Source: Auanema rhodensis | Lineage: Eukaryota; Animalia; Nematoda | Assembly (NCBI GenBank): GCA_964057225.1 | Contig: OZ059899.1 | Span: forward strand, 3,348,001-3,412,000 | Direction: 5' to 3' | Length of the DNA: 64,000 nucleotides | In this document: positions 41,901-56,856 of the stretch, in pieces | Layout of the letters: every line of letters begins with the position of its first letter | Position numbering within the stretch: the stretch's first letter is position 1 | Notes under the pieces: model-generated | Database searches by the model: none | Told to the model about the DNA's origin: nothing | The model's input: the letters and a program-made list of their open reading frames with translations, nothing else | Position numbers and translations under genes: made by a program

Positions 41901-42816
41901 AGTATAGTGCATTCGATGCGGATTTTCAAGCTGCGTCGATCTGTGTTATCAGATTTGCGCTAGCTTAAAAATGCACCGAGATATCAACTGATATAAGTTC
42001 ACACATATATACCCGATTTTCACCCTGAAGAATTAATTTTTTCGTTAAATAACCTTGTCCATCGTTTTTGTCTTAAAAAATAGAATCTAAAAACATCTAC
42101 TTTTTGCTAAATTATTTTGAAATTTTTCGAAAAAATTTTTGTCAAAATGTTTTTGGAAGCAATGTTGAGTGTACATGGAAACTCAACATACACTAATGCA
42201 TCATTTTTCAAACGATCATAACTAATTTTTGTATTAAGCGTTTCTCAATGTAGTATAGTGCATTCGATGCGGATTTTCAAGCTGCGTCGATCTGTGTTAT
42301 CAGATTTGCGCTAGCTTAAAAATGCACCGAGATATCAACTGATATAAGTTCACACATATATACCCGATTTTCACCCTGAAGAATTAATTTTTTCGTTAAA
42401 TAACCTTGTCCATCGTCTTTGTCTTGAAAAATAAAATCTAAAAACATCTACTTTTTGCTAAATTATTTTGAAATTTTTCGAAAAAATTTTTGTCAAAATG
42501 TTTTTGGAAGCAATGTTGAGTATACATGGAAACTCAACATATACTAATGCATCATTTTTCAAACGATCATAACTAATTTTTGTATCAAGTGTTTCTCAAT
42601 GTAGTATAGTGCATTCGATGCGGATTTTCAAGCTGCGTCGATCTGTGTTATCAGATTTGCGCTAGCTTAAAAATGCACCGAGATATCAACTGATATAAGT
42701 TCACACATATATACCCGATTTTCACCCTGAAGAATTAATTTTTTCGTTAAATAACCTTGTCCATCGTTTTTGTCTTAAAAAATAGAATCTAAAAACATCT
42801 ACTTTTTGCTAAATTA
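32640..42816. repeat. Copy 2 of the long-range duplicated cassette (m94-m122)
   Basis: m94-m112 match m1-m19; m113-m115 match m45-m47; m117-m122 match m48-m53. Confidence 0.88.
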
Positions 42817-45800
42817 TTTTGAAATTTTTCGAAAAAATTTTTGTCAAAATGTTTTTGGAAGCAATGTTGAGTGTACATGGAAACTCAACATACACTAATG
42901 CATCATTTTTCAAACGATCATAACTAATTTTTGTATTAAGCGTTTCTCAATGTAGTATAGTGCATTCGATGCGGATTTTCAAGCTGCGTCGATCTGTGTT
43001 ATCAGATTTGCGCTAGCTTAAAAATGCACCGAGATATCAACTGATATAAGTTCACACATATATACCCGATTTTCACCCTGAAGAATTAATTTTTTCGTTA
43101 AATAACCTTGTCCATCGTTTTTGTCTTAAAAAATAGAATCTAAAAACATCTACTTTTTGCTAAATTATTTTGAAATTTTTCGAAAAAATTTTTGTCAAAA
43201 TGTTTTTGGAAGCAATGTTGAGTGTACATGGAAACTCAACATACACTAATGCATCATTTTTCAAACGATCATAACTAATTTTTGTATTAAGCGTTTCTCA
43301 ATGTAGTATAGTGCATTCGATGCGGATTTTCAAGCTGCGTCGATCTGTGTTATCAGATTTGCGCTAGCTTAAAAATGCACCGAGATATCAACTGATATAA
43401 GTTCACACATATATACCCGATTTTCACCCTGAAGAATTAATTTTTTCGTTAAATAACCTTGTCCATCGTTTTTGTCTTAAAAAATAGAATCTAAAAACAT
43501 CTACTTTTTGCTAAATTATTTTGAAATTTTTCGAAAAAATTTTTGTCAAAATGTTTTTGGAAGCAATGTTGAGTGTACATGGAAACTCAACATACACTAA
43601 TGCATCATTTTTCAAACGATCATAACTAATTTTTGTATCAAGTGTTTCTCAATGTAGTATAGTGCATTCGATGCGGATTTTTAAGCTGCGTCGATCTGTG
43701 TTATCAGATTTGCGCTAGCTTAAAAATGCACCGAGATATCAACTGATATAAGTTCACACATATATACCCGATTTTCACCCTGAAGAATTAATTTTTTCGT
43801 TAAATAACCTTGTCCATCGTTTTTGTCTTAAAAAATAGAATCTAAAAACATCTACTTTTTGCTAAATTATTTTGAAATTTTTCGAAAAAATTTTTGTCAA
43901 AATGTTTTTGGAAGCAATGTTGAGTGTACATGGAAACTCAACATACACTAATGCATCATTTTTCAAACGATCATAACTAATTTTTGTATTAAGCGTTTCT
44001 CAATGTAGTATAGTGCATTCGATGCGGATTTTCAAGCTGCGTCGATCTGTGTTATCAGATTTGCGCTAGCTTAAAAATGCACCGAGATATCAACTGATAT
44101 AAGTTCACACATATATACCCGATTTTCACCCTGAAGAATTAATTTTTTCGTTAAATAACCTTGTCCATCGTTTTTGTCTTAAAAAATAGAATCTAAAAAC
44201 ATCTACTTTTTGCTAAATTATTTTGAAATTTTTCGAAAAAATTTTTGTCAAAATGTTTTTGGAAGCAATGTTGAGTGTACATGGAAACTCAACATACACT
44301 AATGCATCATTTTTCAAACGATCATAACTAATTTTTGTATCAAGTGTTTCTCAATGTAGTATAGTGCATTCGATGCGGATTTTTAAGCTGCGTCGATCTG
44401 TGTTATCAGATTTGCGCTAGCTTAAAAATGCACCGAGATATCAACTGATATAAGTTCACACATATATACCCGATTTTCACCCTGAAGAATTAATTTTTTC
44501 GTTAAATAACCTTGTCCATCGTTTTTGTCTTAAAAAATAGAATCATAAAACATCTACTTTTTGCTAAATTATTTTGAAATTTTTCGAAAAAATTTTTGTC
44601 AAAATGTTTTTGGAAGCAATGTTGAGTGTACATGGAAACTCAACATACACTAATGCATCATTTTTCAAACGATCATAACTAATTTTTGTATTAAGCGTTT
44701 CTCAATGTAGTATAGTGCATTCGATGCGGATTTTCAAGCTGCGTCGATCTGTGTTATCAGATTTGCGCTAGCTTAAAAATGCACCGAGATATCAACTGAT
44801 ATAAGTTCACACATATATACCCGATTTTCACCCTGAAGAATTAATTTTTTCGTTAAATAACCTTGTCCATCGTTTTTGTCTTAAAAAATAGAATCTAAAA
44901 ACATCTACTTTTTGCTAAATTATTTTGAAATTTTTCGAAAAAATTTTTGTCAAAATGTTTTTGGAAGCAATGTTGAGTGTACATGGAAACTCAACATACA
45001 CTAATGCATCATTTTTCAAACGATCATAACTAATTTTTGTATTAAGCGTTTCTCAATGTAGTATAGTGCATTCGATGCGGATTTTCAAGCTGCGTCGATC
45101 TGTGTTATCAGATTTGCGCTAGCTTAAAAATGCACCGAGATATCAACTGATATAAGTTCACACATATATACCCGATTTTCACCCTGAAGAATTAATTTTT
45201 TCGTTAAATAACCTTGTCCATCGTTTTTGTCTTAAAAAATAGAATCTAAAAACATCTACTTTTTGCTAAATTATTTTGAAATTTTTCGAAAAAATTTTTG
45301 TCAAAATGTTTTTGGAAGCAATGTTGAGTGTACATGGAAACTCAACATACACTAATGCATCATTTTTCAAACGATCATAACTAATTTTTGTATCAAGTGT
45401 TTCTCAATGTAGTATAGTGCATTCGATGCGGATTTTTAAGCTGCGTCGATCTGTGTTATCAGATTTGCGCTAGCTTAAAAATGCACCGAGATATCAACTG
45501 ATATAAGTTCACACATATATACCCGATTTTCACCCTGAAGAATTAATTTTTTCGTTAAATAACCTTGTCCATCGTTTTTGTCTTAAAAAATAGAATCTAA
45601 AAACATCTACTTTTTGCTAAATTATTTTGAAATTTTTCGAAAAAATTTTTGTCAAAATGTTTTTGGAAGCAATGTTGAGTGTACATGGAAACTCAACATA
45701 CACTAATGCATCATTTTTCAAACGATCATAACTAATTTTTGTATTAAGCGTTTCTCAATGTAGTATAGTGCATTCGATGCGGATTTTCAAGCTGCGTCGA

Positions 45801-48800
45801 TCTGTGTTATCAGATTTGCGCTAGCTTAAAAATGCACCGAGATATCAACTGATATAAGTTCACACATATATACCCGATTTTCACCCTGAAGAATTAATTT
45901 TTTCGTTAAATAACCTTGTCCATCGTTTTTGTCTTAAAAAATAGAATCTAAAAACATCTACTTTTTGCTAAATTATTTTGAAATTTTTCGAAAAAATTTT
46001 TGTCAAAATGTTTTTGGAAGCAATGTTGAGTGTACATGGAAACTCAACATACACTAATGCATCATTTTTCAAACGATCATAACTAATTTTTGTATCAAGT
46101 GTTTCTCAATGTAGTATAGTGCATTCGATGCGGATTTTTAAGCTGCGTCGATCTGTGTTATCAGATTTGCGCTAGCTTAAAAATGCACCGAGATATCAAC
46201 TGATATAAGTTCACACATATATACCCGATTTTCACCCTGAAGAATTAATTTTTTCGTTAAATAACCTTGTCCATCGTTTTTCTCTTAAAAAATAGAATCT
46301 AAAAACATCTACTTTTTGCTAAATTATTTTGAAATTTTTCGAAAAAATTTTTGTCAAAATGTTTTTGGAAGCAATGTTGAGTGTACATGGAAACTCAACA
46401 TACACTAATGCATCATTTTTCAAACGATCATAACTAATTTTTGTATTAAGCGTTTCTCAATGTAGTATAGTGCATTCGATGCGGATTTTCAAGCTGCGTC
46501 GATCTGTGTTATCAGATTTGCGCTAGCTTAAAAATGCACCGAGATATCAACTGATATAAGTTCACACATATATACCCGATTTTCACCCTGAAGAATTAAT
46601 TTTTTCGTTAAATAACCTTGTCCATCGTTTTTGTCTTAAAAAATAGAATCTAAAAACATCTACTTTTTGCTAAATTATTTTGAAATTTTTCGAAAAAATT
46701 TTTGTCAAAATGTTTTTGGAAGCAATGTTGAGTGTACATGGAAACTCAACATACACTAATGCATCATTTTTCAAACGATCATAACTAATTTTTGTATTAA
46801 GCGTTTCTCAATGTAGTATAGTGCATTCGATGCGGATTTTCAAGCTGCGTCGATCTGTGTTATCAGATTTGCGCTAGCTTAAAAATGCACCGAGATATCA
46901 ACTGATATAAGTTCACACATATATACCCGATTTTCACCCTGAAGAATTAATTTTTTCGTTAAATAACCTTGTCCATCGTTTTTGTCTTAAAAAATAGAAT
47001 CTAAAAACATCTACTTTTTGCTAAATTATTTTGAAATTTTTCGAAAAAATTTTTGTCAAAATGTTTTTGGAAGCAATGTTGAGTGTACATGGAAACTCAA
47101 CATACACTAATGCATCATTTTTCAAACGATCATAACTAATTTTTGTATCAAGTGTTTCTCAATGTAGTATAGTGCATTCGATGCGGATTTTTAAGCTGCG
47201 TCGATCTGTGTTATCAGATTTGCGCTAGCTTAAAAATGCACCGAGATATCAACTGATATAAGTTCACACATATATACCCGATTTTCACCCTGAAGAATTA
47301 ATTTTTTCGTTAAATAACCTTGTCCATCGTTTTTGACTTAAAAAATAGAATCTAAAAACATCTACTTTTTGCTAAATTATTTTGAAATTTTTCGAAAAAA
47401 TTTTTGTCAAAATGTTTTTGGAAGCAATGTTGAGTGTACATGGAAACTCAACATACACTAATGCATCATTTTTCAAACGATCATAACTAATTTTTGTATT
47501 AAGCGTTTCTCAATGTAGTATAGTGCATTCGATGCGGATTTTCAAGCTGCGTCGATCTGTGTTATCAGATTTGCGCTAGCTTAAAAATGCACCGAGATAT
47601 CAACTGATATAAGTTCACACATATATACCCGATTTTCACCCTGAAGAATTAATTTTTTCGTTAAATAACCTTGTCCATCGTTTTTGTCTTAAAAAATAGA
47701 ATCTAAAAACATCTACTTTTTGCTAAATTATTTTGAAATTTTTCGAAAAAATTTTTGTCAAAATGTTTTTGGAAGCAATGTTGAGTGTACATGGAAACTC
47801 AACATACACTAATGCATCATTTTTCAAACGATCATAACTAATTTTTGTATCAAGTGTTTCTCAATGTAGTATAGTGCATTCGATGCGGATTTTTAAGCTG
47901 CGTCGATCTGTGTTATCAGATTTGCGCTAGCTTAAAAATGCACCGAGATATCAACTGATATAAGTTCACACATATATACCCGATTTTCACCCTGAAGAAT
48001 TAATTTTTTCGTTAAATAACCTTGTCCATCGTTTTTGTCTTAAAAAATAGAATCTAAAAACATCTACTTTTTGCTAAATTATTTTGAAATTTTTCGAAAA
48101 AATTTTTGTCAAAATGTTTTTGGAAGCAATGTTGAGTGTACATGGAAACTCAACATACACTAATGCATCATTTTTCAAACGATCATAACTAATTTTTGTA
48201 TTAAGCGTTTCTCAATGTAGTATAGTGCATTCGATGCGGATTTTCAAGCTGCGTCGATCTGTGTTATCAGATTTGCGCTAGCTTAAAAATGCACCGAGAT
48301 ATCAACTGATATAAGTTCACACATATATACCCGATTTTCACCCTGAAGAATTAATTTTTTCGTTAAATAACCTTGTCCATCGTTTTTGTCTTAAAAAATA
48401 GAATCTAAAAACATCTACTTTTTGCTAAATTATTTTGAAATTTTTCGAAAAAATTTTTGTCAAAATGTTTTTGGAAGCAATGTTGAGTGTACATGGAAAC
48501 TCAACATACACTAATGCATCATTTTTCAAACGATCATAACTAATTTTTGTATCAAGTGTTTCTCAATGTAGTATAGTGCATTCGATGCGGATTTTTAAGC
48601 TGCGTCGATCTGTGTTATCAGATTTGCGCTAGCTTAAAAATGCACCGAGATATCAACTGATATAAGTTCACACATATATACCCGATTTTCACCCTGAAGA
48701 ATTAATTTTTTCGTTAAATAACCTTGTCCATCGTTTTTCTCTTAAAAAATAGAATCTAAAAACATCTACTTTTTGCTAAATTATTTTGAAATTTTTCGAA

Positions 48801-49836
48801 AAAATTTTTGTCAAAATGTTTTTGGAAGCAATGTTGAGTGTACATGGAAACTCAACATACACTAATGCATCATTTTTCAAACGATCATAACTAATTTTTG
48901 TATTAAGCGTTTCTCAATGTAGTATAGTGCATTCGATGCGGATTTTCAAGCTGCGTCGATCTGTGTTATCAGATTTGCGCTAGCTTAAAAATGCACCGAG
49001 ATATCAACTGATATAAGTTCACACATATATACCCGATTTTCACCCTGAAGAGTTAATTTTTTCGTTAAATAACCTTGTCCATCGTTTTTGTCTTAAAAAA
49101 TAGAATCTAAAAACATCTACTTTTTGCTAAATTATTTTGAAATTTTTCGAAAAAATTTTTGTCAAAATGTTTTTGGAAGCAATGTTGAGTGTACATGGAA
49201 ACTCAACATACACTAATGCATCATTTTTCAAACGATCATAACTAATTTTTGTATTAAGCGTTTCTCAATGTAGTATAGTGCATTCGATGCGGATTTTCAA
49301 GCTGCGTCGATCTGTGTTATCAGATTTGCGCTAGCTTAAAAATGCACCGAGATATCAACTGATATAAGTTCACACATATATACCCGATTTTCACCCTGAA
49401 GAATTAATTTTTTCGTTAAATAACCTTGTCCATCGTTTTTGTCTTAAAAAATAGAATCTAAAAACATCTACTTTTTGCTAAATTATTTTGAAATTTTTCA
49501 AAAAAATTTTTGTCAAAATGTTTTTGGAAGCAATGTTGAGTGTACATGGAAACTCAACATACACTAATGCATCATTTTTCAAACGATCATAACTAATTTT
49601 TGTATTAAGCGTTTCTCAATGTAGTATAGTGCATTCGATGCGGATTTTCAAGCTGCGTCGATCTGTGTTATCAGATTTGCGCTAGCTTAAAAATGCACCG
49701 AGATATCAACTGATATAAGTTCACACATATATACCCGATTTTCACCCTGAAGAATTAATTTTTTCGTTAAATAACCTTGTCCATCGTCTTTGTCTTGAAA
49801 AATAAAATCTAAAAACATCTACTTTTTGCTAAATTA
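40711..49836. repeat. Pure type-B domain (m117-m142, 26 monomers)
   Basis: Same B diagnostics as in 16496-23865. Confidence 0.9.
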
Positions 49837-52800
49837 TTTTGAAATTTTTCGAAAAAATTTTTGTCAAAATGTTTTTGGAAGCAATGTTGAGTATACATGG
49901 AAACTCAACATATACTAATGCATCATTTTTCAAACGATCATAACTAATTTTTGTATCAAGTGTTTCTCAATGTAGTATAGTGCATTCGATGCGGATTTTT
50001 AAGCTGCGTCGATCTGTGTTATCAGATTTGCGCTAGCTTAAAAATGCACCGAGATATCAACTGATATAAGTTCACACTTATATCCTCGATTTTCACCCTG
50101 AAGAATTAATTTTTTCGTTGAATAACATTGTCTATCGTCTTTGCCTTGAGAAATGGAATCTAAAAACATCTACTTTTTGCTAAATTATTTTGAAATTTTT
50201 CGAAAAAATTTTTGTCAAAATGTTTTTGGAAGCAATGTTGAGTGTACATGGAAACTCAACATACACTAATGCATCATTTTTCAAAAGATCATAACTTATT
50301 TTTTCATCAAGCGTTTTTCAATGTAGTATAGTGCATTCGATGCGGATTTTTAAGCTGCGTCGATCTGTGTTATCAGATTTGCGGTAGCTTAAAAATGCAC
50401 CGAGATATCAACTGATATAAGTTCACACTTATATCCTCGATTTTCACCCTGAAGAATTAATTTTTTCGTTGAATAACATTGTCTATCGTCTTTGCCTTGA
50501 GAAATGGAATCTAAAAACATCTACTTTTCGCTAAATTATTTTGAAATTTTTCGAAAAAATTTTTGTCAAAATGTTTTTGGAAGCAATGTTGAGTGTACAT
50601 GGAAACTCAACATACACTAATGCATCATTTTTCAAACGATCATAACTAATTTTTGTATCAAGCGTTTTTCAATGTAGTATAGTGCATTCGATGCGGAGTT
50701 TTAAGCTGCGTCGATCTGTGTTATCAGATTTGCGCTAGCTTAAAAATGCACCGAGATATCAACTGATATAAGTTCACACTTATATCCTCGATTTTCACCC
50801 TGAAGAATTAATTTTTTCGTTGAATAACATTGTCCATCGTCTTTGCCTTGAAAAAAGGAATCTAAAAACATCTACTTTTTGCTAAATTATTTTGAAATTT
50901 TTCGAAAAAATTTTTGTCAAAATGTTTTTGGAAGCAATGTTGAGTGTACATGGAAACTCAACATACACTAATGCATCATTTTTCAAACGATCATAACTAA
51001 TTTTTGTATCAAGCGTTTTTCAATGTAGTATAGTGCATTCGATGCGGAGTTTTAAGCTGCGTCGATCTGTGTTATCAGATTTGCGCTAGCTTAAAAATGC
51101 ACCGAGATATCAACTGATATAAGTTCACACTTATATCCTCGATTTTCACCCTGAAGAATTAATTTTTTCGTTGAATAACATTGTCCATCGTCTTTGCCTT
51201 GAAAAAAGGAATCTAAAAACATCTACTTTTTGCTAAATTATTTTGAAATTTTTCGAAAAAATTTTTGTCAAAATGTTTTTGGAAGCAATGTTGAGTGTAC
51301 ATGGAAACTCAACATACACTAATGCATCATTTTTCAAACGATCATAACTAATTTTTGTATTAAGCGTTTCTCAATGTAGTATAGTGCATTCGATGCGGAT
51401 TTTTAAGCTGCGTCGATCTGTGTTATCAGATTTGCGCTAGCTTAAAAATGCACCGAGATATCAACTGATATAAGTTCACACTTATATCCTCGATTTTCAC
51501 CCTGAAGAATTAATTTTTTCGTTGAATAACATTGTCCATCGTCTTTGCCTTGAAAAATGGAATCTTAAAACATCTACTTTTTGCTAAATTATTTTGAAAT
51601 TTTTCGAAAAAATTTTTGTCAAAATGTTTTTGGAAGCAATGTTGAGTGTACATGGAAACTCAACATACACTAATGCATCATTTTTCAAACGATCATAACT
51701 AATTTTTGTATCAAATGTTTCTCAATGTAGTATAGTGCATTCGATGCGGATTTTTAAGCTGCGTCGATCTGTGTTATCAGATTTGCGCTAGCTTAAAAAT
51801 GCACCGAGATATCAACTGATATAAGTTCACACTTATATCCTCGATTTTCACCCTGAAGAATTAATTTTTTCGTTGAATAACATTGTCTATCGTCTTTGCC
51901 TTGAGAAATGGAATCTAAAAACATCTACTTTTCGCTAAATTATTTTGAAATTTTTCGAAAAAATTTTTGTCAAAATGTTTTTGGAAGCAATGTTGAGTGT
52001 ACATGGAAACTCAACATACACTAAAGCATCATTTTTCAAACGATCATAACTAATTTTTGTATCAAGCGTTTTTCAATGTAGTATAGTGCATTCGATGCGG
52101 AGTTTTAAGCTGCGTCGATCTGTGTTATCAGATTTGCGCTAGCTTAAAAATGCACCGAGATATCAACTGATATAAGTTCACACTTATATCCTCGATTTTC
52201 ACCCTGAAGAATTAATTTTTTCGTTGAATAACATTGTCCATCGTCTTTGCCTTGAGAAAAGGAATCTAAAAACATCTACTTTTTGCTAAATTATTTTGAA
52301 ATTTTTCGAAAAAATTTTTGTCAAAATGTTTTTGGAAGCAATGTTGAGTGTACATGGAAACTCAACATACACTAATGCATCATTTTTCAAACGATCATAA
52401 CTAATTTTTGTATTAAGCGTTTCTCAATGTAGTATAGTGCATTCGATGCGGATTTTTAAGCTGCGTCGATCTGTGTTATCAGATTTGCGCTAGCTTAAAA
52501 ATGCACCGAGATATCAACTGATATAAGTTCACACTTATATCCTCGATTTTCACCCTGAAGAATTAATTTTTTCGTTAAATAACCTTGTCCATCGTTTTTG
52601 ACTTAAAAAATAGAATCTAAAAACATCTACTTTTTGCTAAATTATTTTGAAATTTTTCGAAAAAATTTTTGTCAAAATGTTTTTGGAAGCAATGTTGAGT
52701 GTACATGGAAACTCAACATACACTAATGCATCATTTTTCAAACGATCATAACTAATTTTTGTATTAAGCGTTTCTCAATGTAGTATAGTGCATTCGATGC

Positions 52801-55800
52801 GGATTTTCAAGCTGCGTCGATCTGTGTTATCAGATTTGCGCTAGCTTAAAAATGCACCGAGATATCAACTGATATAAGTTCACACTTATATCCTCGATTT
52901 TCACCCTGAAGAATTAATTTTTTCGTTAAATAACCTTGTCCATCGTTTTTGTCTTAAAAAATAGAATCTAAAAACATCTACTTTTTGCTAAATTATTTTG
53001 AAATTTTTCGAAAAAATTTTTGTCAAAATGTTTTTGGAAGCAATGTTGAGTGTACATGGAAACTCAACATACACTAATGCATCATTTTTCAAACGATCAT
53101 AACTAATTTTTGTATCAAGTGTTTCTCAATGTAGTATAGTGCATTCGATGCGGATTTTTAAGCTGCGTCGATCTGTGTTATCAGATTTGCGCTAGCTTAA
53201 AAATGCACCGAGATATCAACTGATATAAGTTCACACATATATACCCGATTTTCACCCTGAAGAATTAATTTTTTCGTTAAATAACCTTGTCCATCGTTTT
53301 TGTCTTAAAAAATAGAATCTAAAAACATCTACTTTTTGCTAAATTATTTTGAAATTTTTCGAAAAAATTTTTGTCAAAATGTTTTTGGAAGCAATGTTGA
53401 GTGTACATGGAAACTCAACATACACTAATGCATCATTTTTCAAACGATCATAACTAATTTTTGTATTAAGCGTTTCTCAATGTAGTATAGTGCATTCGAT
53501 GCGGATTTTCAAGCTGCGTCGATCTGTGTTATCAGATTTGCGCTAGCTTAAAAATGCACCGAGATATCAACTGATATAAGTTCACACATATATACCCGAT
53601 TTTCACCCTGAAGAATTAATTTTTTCGTTAAATAACCTTGTCCATCGTTTTTGTCTCAAAAAATAGAATCTAAAAACATCTACTTTTTGCTAAATTATTT
53701 TGAAATTTTTCGAAAAAATTTTTGTCAAAATGTTTTTGGAAGCAATGTTGAGTGTACATGGAAACTCAACATACACTAATGCATCATTTTTCAAACGATC
53801 ATAACTAATTTTTGTATTAAGCGTTTCTCAATGTAGTATAGTGCATTCGATGCGGATTTTGAAGCTGCGTCGATCTGTGTTATCAGATTTGCGCTAGCTT
53901 AAAAATGCACCGAGATATCAACTGATATAAGTTCACACATATATACCCGATTTTCACCCTGAAGAATTAATTTTTTCGTTAAATAACCTTGTCCATCGTT
54001 TTTGTCTTAAAAAATAGAATCTAAAAACATCTACTTTTTGCTAAATTATTTTGAAATTTTTCGAAAAAATTTTTGTCAAAATGTTTTTGGAAGCAATGTT
54101 GAGTGTACATGGAAACTCAACATACACTAATGCATCATTTTTCAAACGATCATAACCAATTTTTGTATTAAGCGTTTCTCAATGTAGTATAGTGCATTCG
54201 ATGCGGATTTTCAAGCTGCGTCGATCTGTGTTATCAGATTTGCGCTAGCTTAAAAATGCACCGAGATATCAACTGATATAAGTTCACACATATATACCCG
54301 ATTTTCACCCTGAAGAATTAATTTTTTCGTTAAATAACCTTGTCCATCGTCTTTGTCTTGAAAAATAAAATCTAAAAACATCTACTTTTTGCTAAATTAT
54401 TTTGAAATTTTTCGAAAAAATTTTTGTCAAAATGTTTTTGGAAGCAATGTTGAGTATACATGGAAACTCAACATATACTAATGCATCATTTTTCAAACGA
54501 TCATAACTAATTTTTGTATCAAGTGTTTCTCAATGTAGTATAGTGCATTCGATGCGGATTTTTAAGCTGCGTCGATCTGTGTTATCAGATTTGCGCTAGC
54601 TTAAAAATGCACCGAGATATCAACTGATATAAGTTCACACTTATATCCTCGATTTTCACCCTGAAGAATTAATTTTTTCGTTGAATAACATTGTCTATCG
54701 TCTTTGCCTTGAGAAATGGAATCTAAAAACATCTACTTTTTGCTAAATTATTTTGAAATTTTTCGAAAAAATTTTTGTCAAAATGTTTTTGGAAGCAATG
54801 TTGAGTGTACATGGAAACTCAACATACACTAATGCATCATTTTTCAAAAGATCATAACTTATTTTTTCATCAAGCGTTTTTCAATGTAGTATAGTGCATT
54901 CGATGCGGATTTTTAAGCTGCGTCGATCTGTGTTATCAGATTTGCGCTAGCTTAAAAATGCACCGAGATATCAACTGATATAAGTTCACACTTATATCCT
55001 CGATTTTCACCCTGAAGAATTAATTTTTTCGTTGAATAACATTGTCTATCGTCTTTGCCTTGAGAAATGGAATCTAAAAACATCTACTTTTCGCTAAATT
55101 ATTTTGAAATTTTTCGAAAAAATTTTTGTCAAAATGTTTTTGGAAGCAATGTTGAGTGTACATGGAAACTCAACATACACTAATGCATCATTTTTCAAAC
55201 GATCATAACTAATTTTTGTATCAAGCGTTTTTCAATGTAGTATAGTGCATTCGATGCGGAGTTTTAAGCTGCGTCGATCTGTGTTATCAGATTTGCGCTA
55301 GCTTAAAAATGCACCGAGATATCAACTGATATAAGTTCACACTTATATCCTCGATTTTCACCCTGAAGAATTAATTTTTTCGTTGAATAACATTGTCCAT
55401 CGTCTTTGCCTTGAAAAAAGGAATCTAAAAACATCTACTTTTTGCTAAATTATTTTGAAATTTTTCGAAAAAATTTTTGTCAAAATGTTTTTGGAAGCAA
55501 TGTTGAGTGTACATGGAAACTCAACATACACTAATGCATCATTTTTCAAACGATCATAACTAATTTTTGTATCAAGCGTTTTTCAATGTAGTATAGTGCA
55601 TTCGATGCGGAGTTTTAAGCTGCGTCGATCTGTGTTTTCAGATTTGCGCTAGCTTAAAAATGCACCGAGATATCAACTGATATAAGTTCACACTTATATC
55701 CTCGATTTTCACCCTGAAGAATTAATTTTTTCGTTGAATAACATTGTCCATCGTCTTTGCCTTGAAAAAAGGAATCTAAAAACATCTACTTTTTGCTAAA

Positions 55801-56856
55801 TTATTTTGAAATTTTTCGAAAAAATTTTTGTCAAAATGTTTTTGGAAGCAATGTTGAGTGTACATGGAAACTCAACATACACTAATGCATCATTTTTCAA
55901 ACGATCATAACTAATTTTTGTATTAAGCGTTTCTCAATGTAGTATAGTGCATTCGATGCGGATTTTTAAGCTGCGTCGATCTGTGTTATCAGATTTGCGC
56001 TAGCTTAAAAATGCACCGAGATATCAACTGATATAAGTTCACACTTATATCCTCGATTTTCACCCTGAAGAATTAATTTTTTCGTTGAATAACATTGTCC
56101 ATCGTCTTTGCCTTGAAAAATGGAATCTTAAAACATCTACTTTTTGCTAAATTATTTTGAAATTTTTCGAAAAAATTTTTGTCAAAATGTTTTTGGAAGC
56201 AATGTTGAGTGTACATGGAAACTCAACATACACTAATGCATCATTTTTCAAACGATCATAACTAATTTTTGTATCAAATGTTTCTCAATGTAGTATAGTG
56301 CATTCGATGCGGATTTTTAAGCTGCGTCGATCTGTGTTATCAGATTTGCGCTAGCTTAAAAATGCACCGAGATATCAACTGATATAAGTTCACACTTATA
56401 TCCTCGATTTTCACCCTGAAGAATTAATTTTTTCGTTGAATAACATTGTCCATCGTCTTTGCCTTGAGAAATGGAATCTAAAAACATCTACTTTTCGCTA
56501 AATTATTTTGAAATTTTTCGAAAAAATTTTTGTCAAAATGTTTTTGGAAGCAATGTTGAGTGTACATGGAAACTCAACATACACTAATGCATCATTTTTC
56601 AAACGATCATAACTAATTTTTGTATCAAGCGTTTTTCAATGTAGTATAGTGCATTCGATGCGGAGTTTTAAGCTGCGTCGATCTGTGTTATCAGATTTGC
56701 GCTAGCTTAAAAATGCACCGAGATATCAACTGATATAAGTTCACACTTATATCCTCGATTTTCACCCTGAAGAATTAATTTTTTCGTTGAATAACATTGT
56801 CCATCGTCTTTGCCTTGAAAAAAGGAATCTAAAAACATCTACTTTTTGCTAAATTA
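49486..56856. repeat. Duplication with 13-monomer (4563 bp) offset
   Basis: m142-m149 match m155-m162 closely; the divergent caaaagatcataacttattttttcatc monomer is at 50286/54849. Confidence 0.87.
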
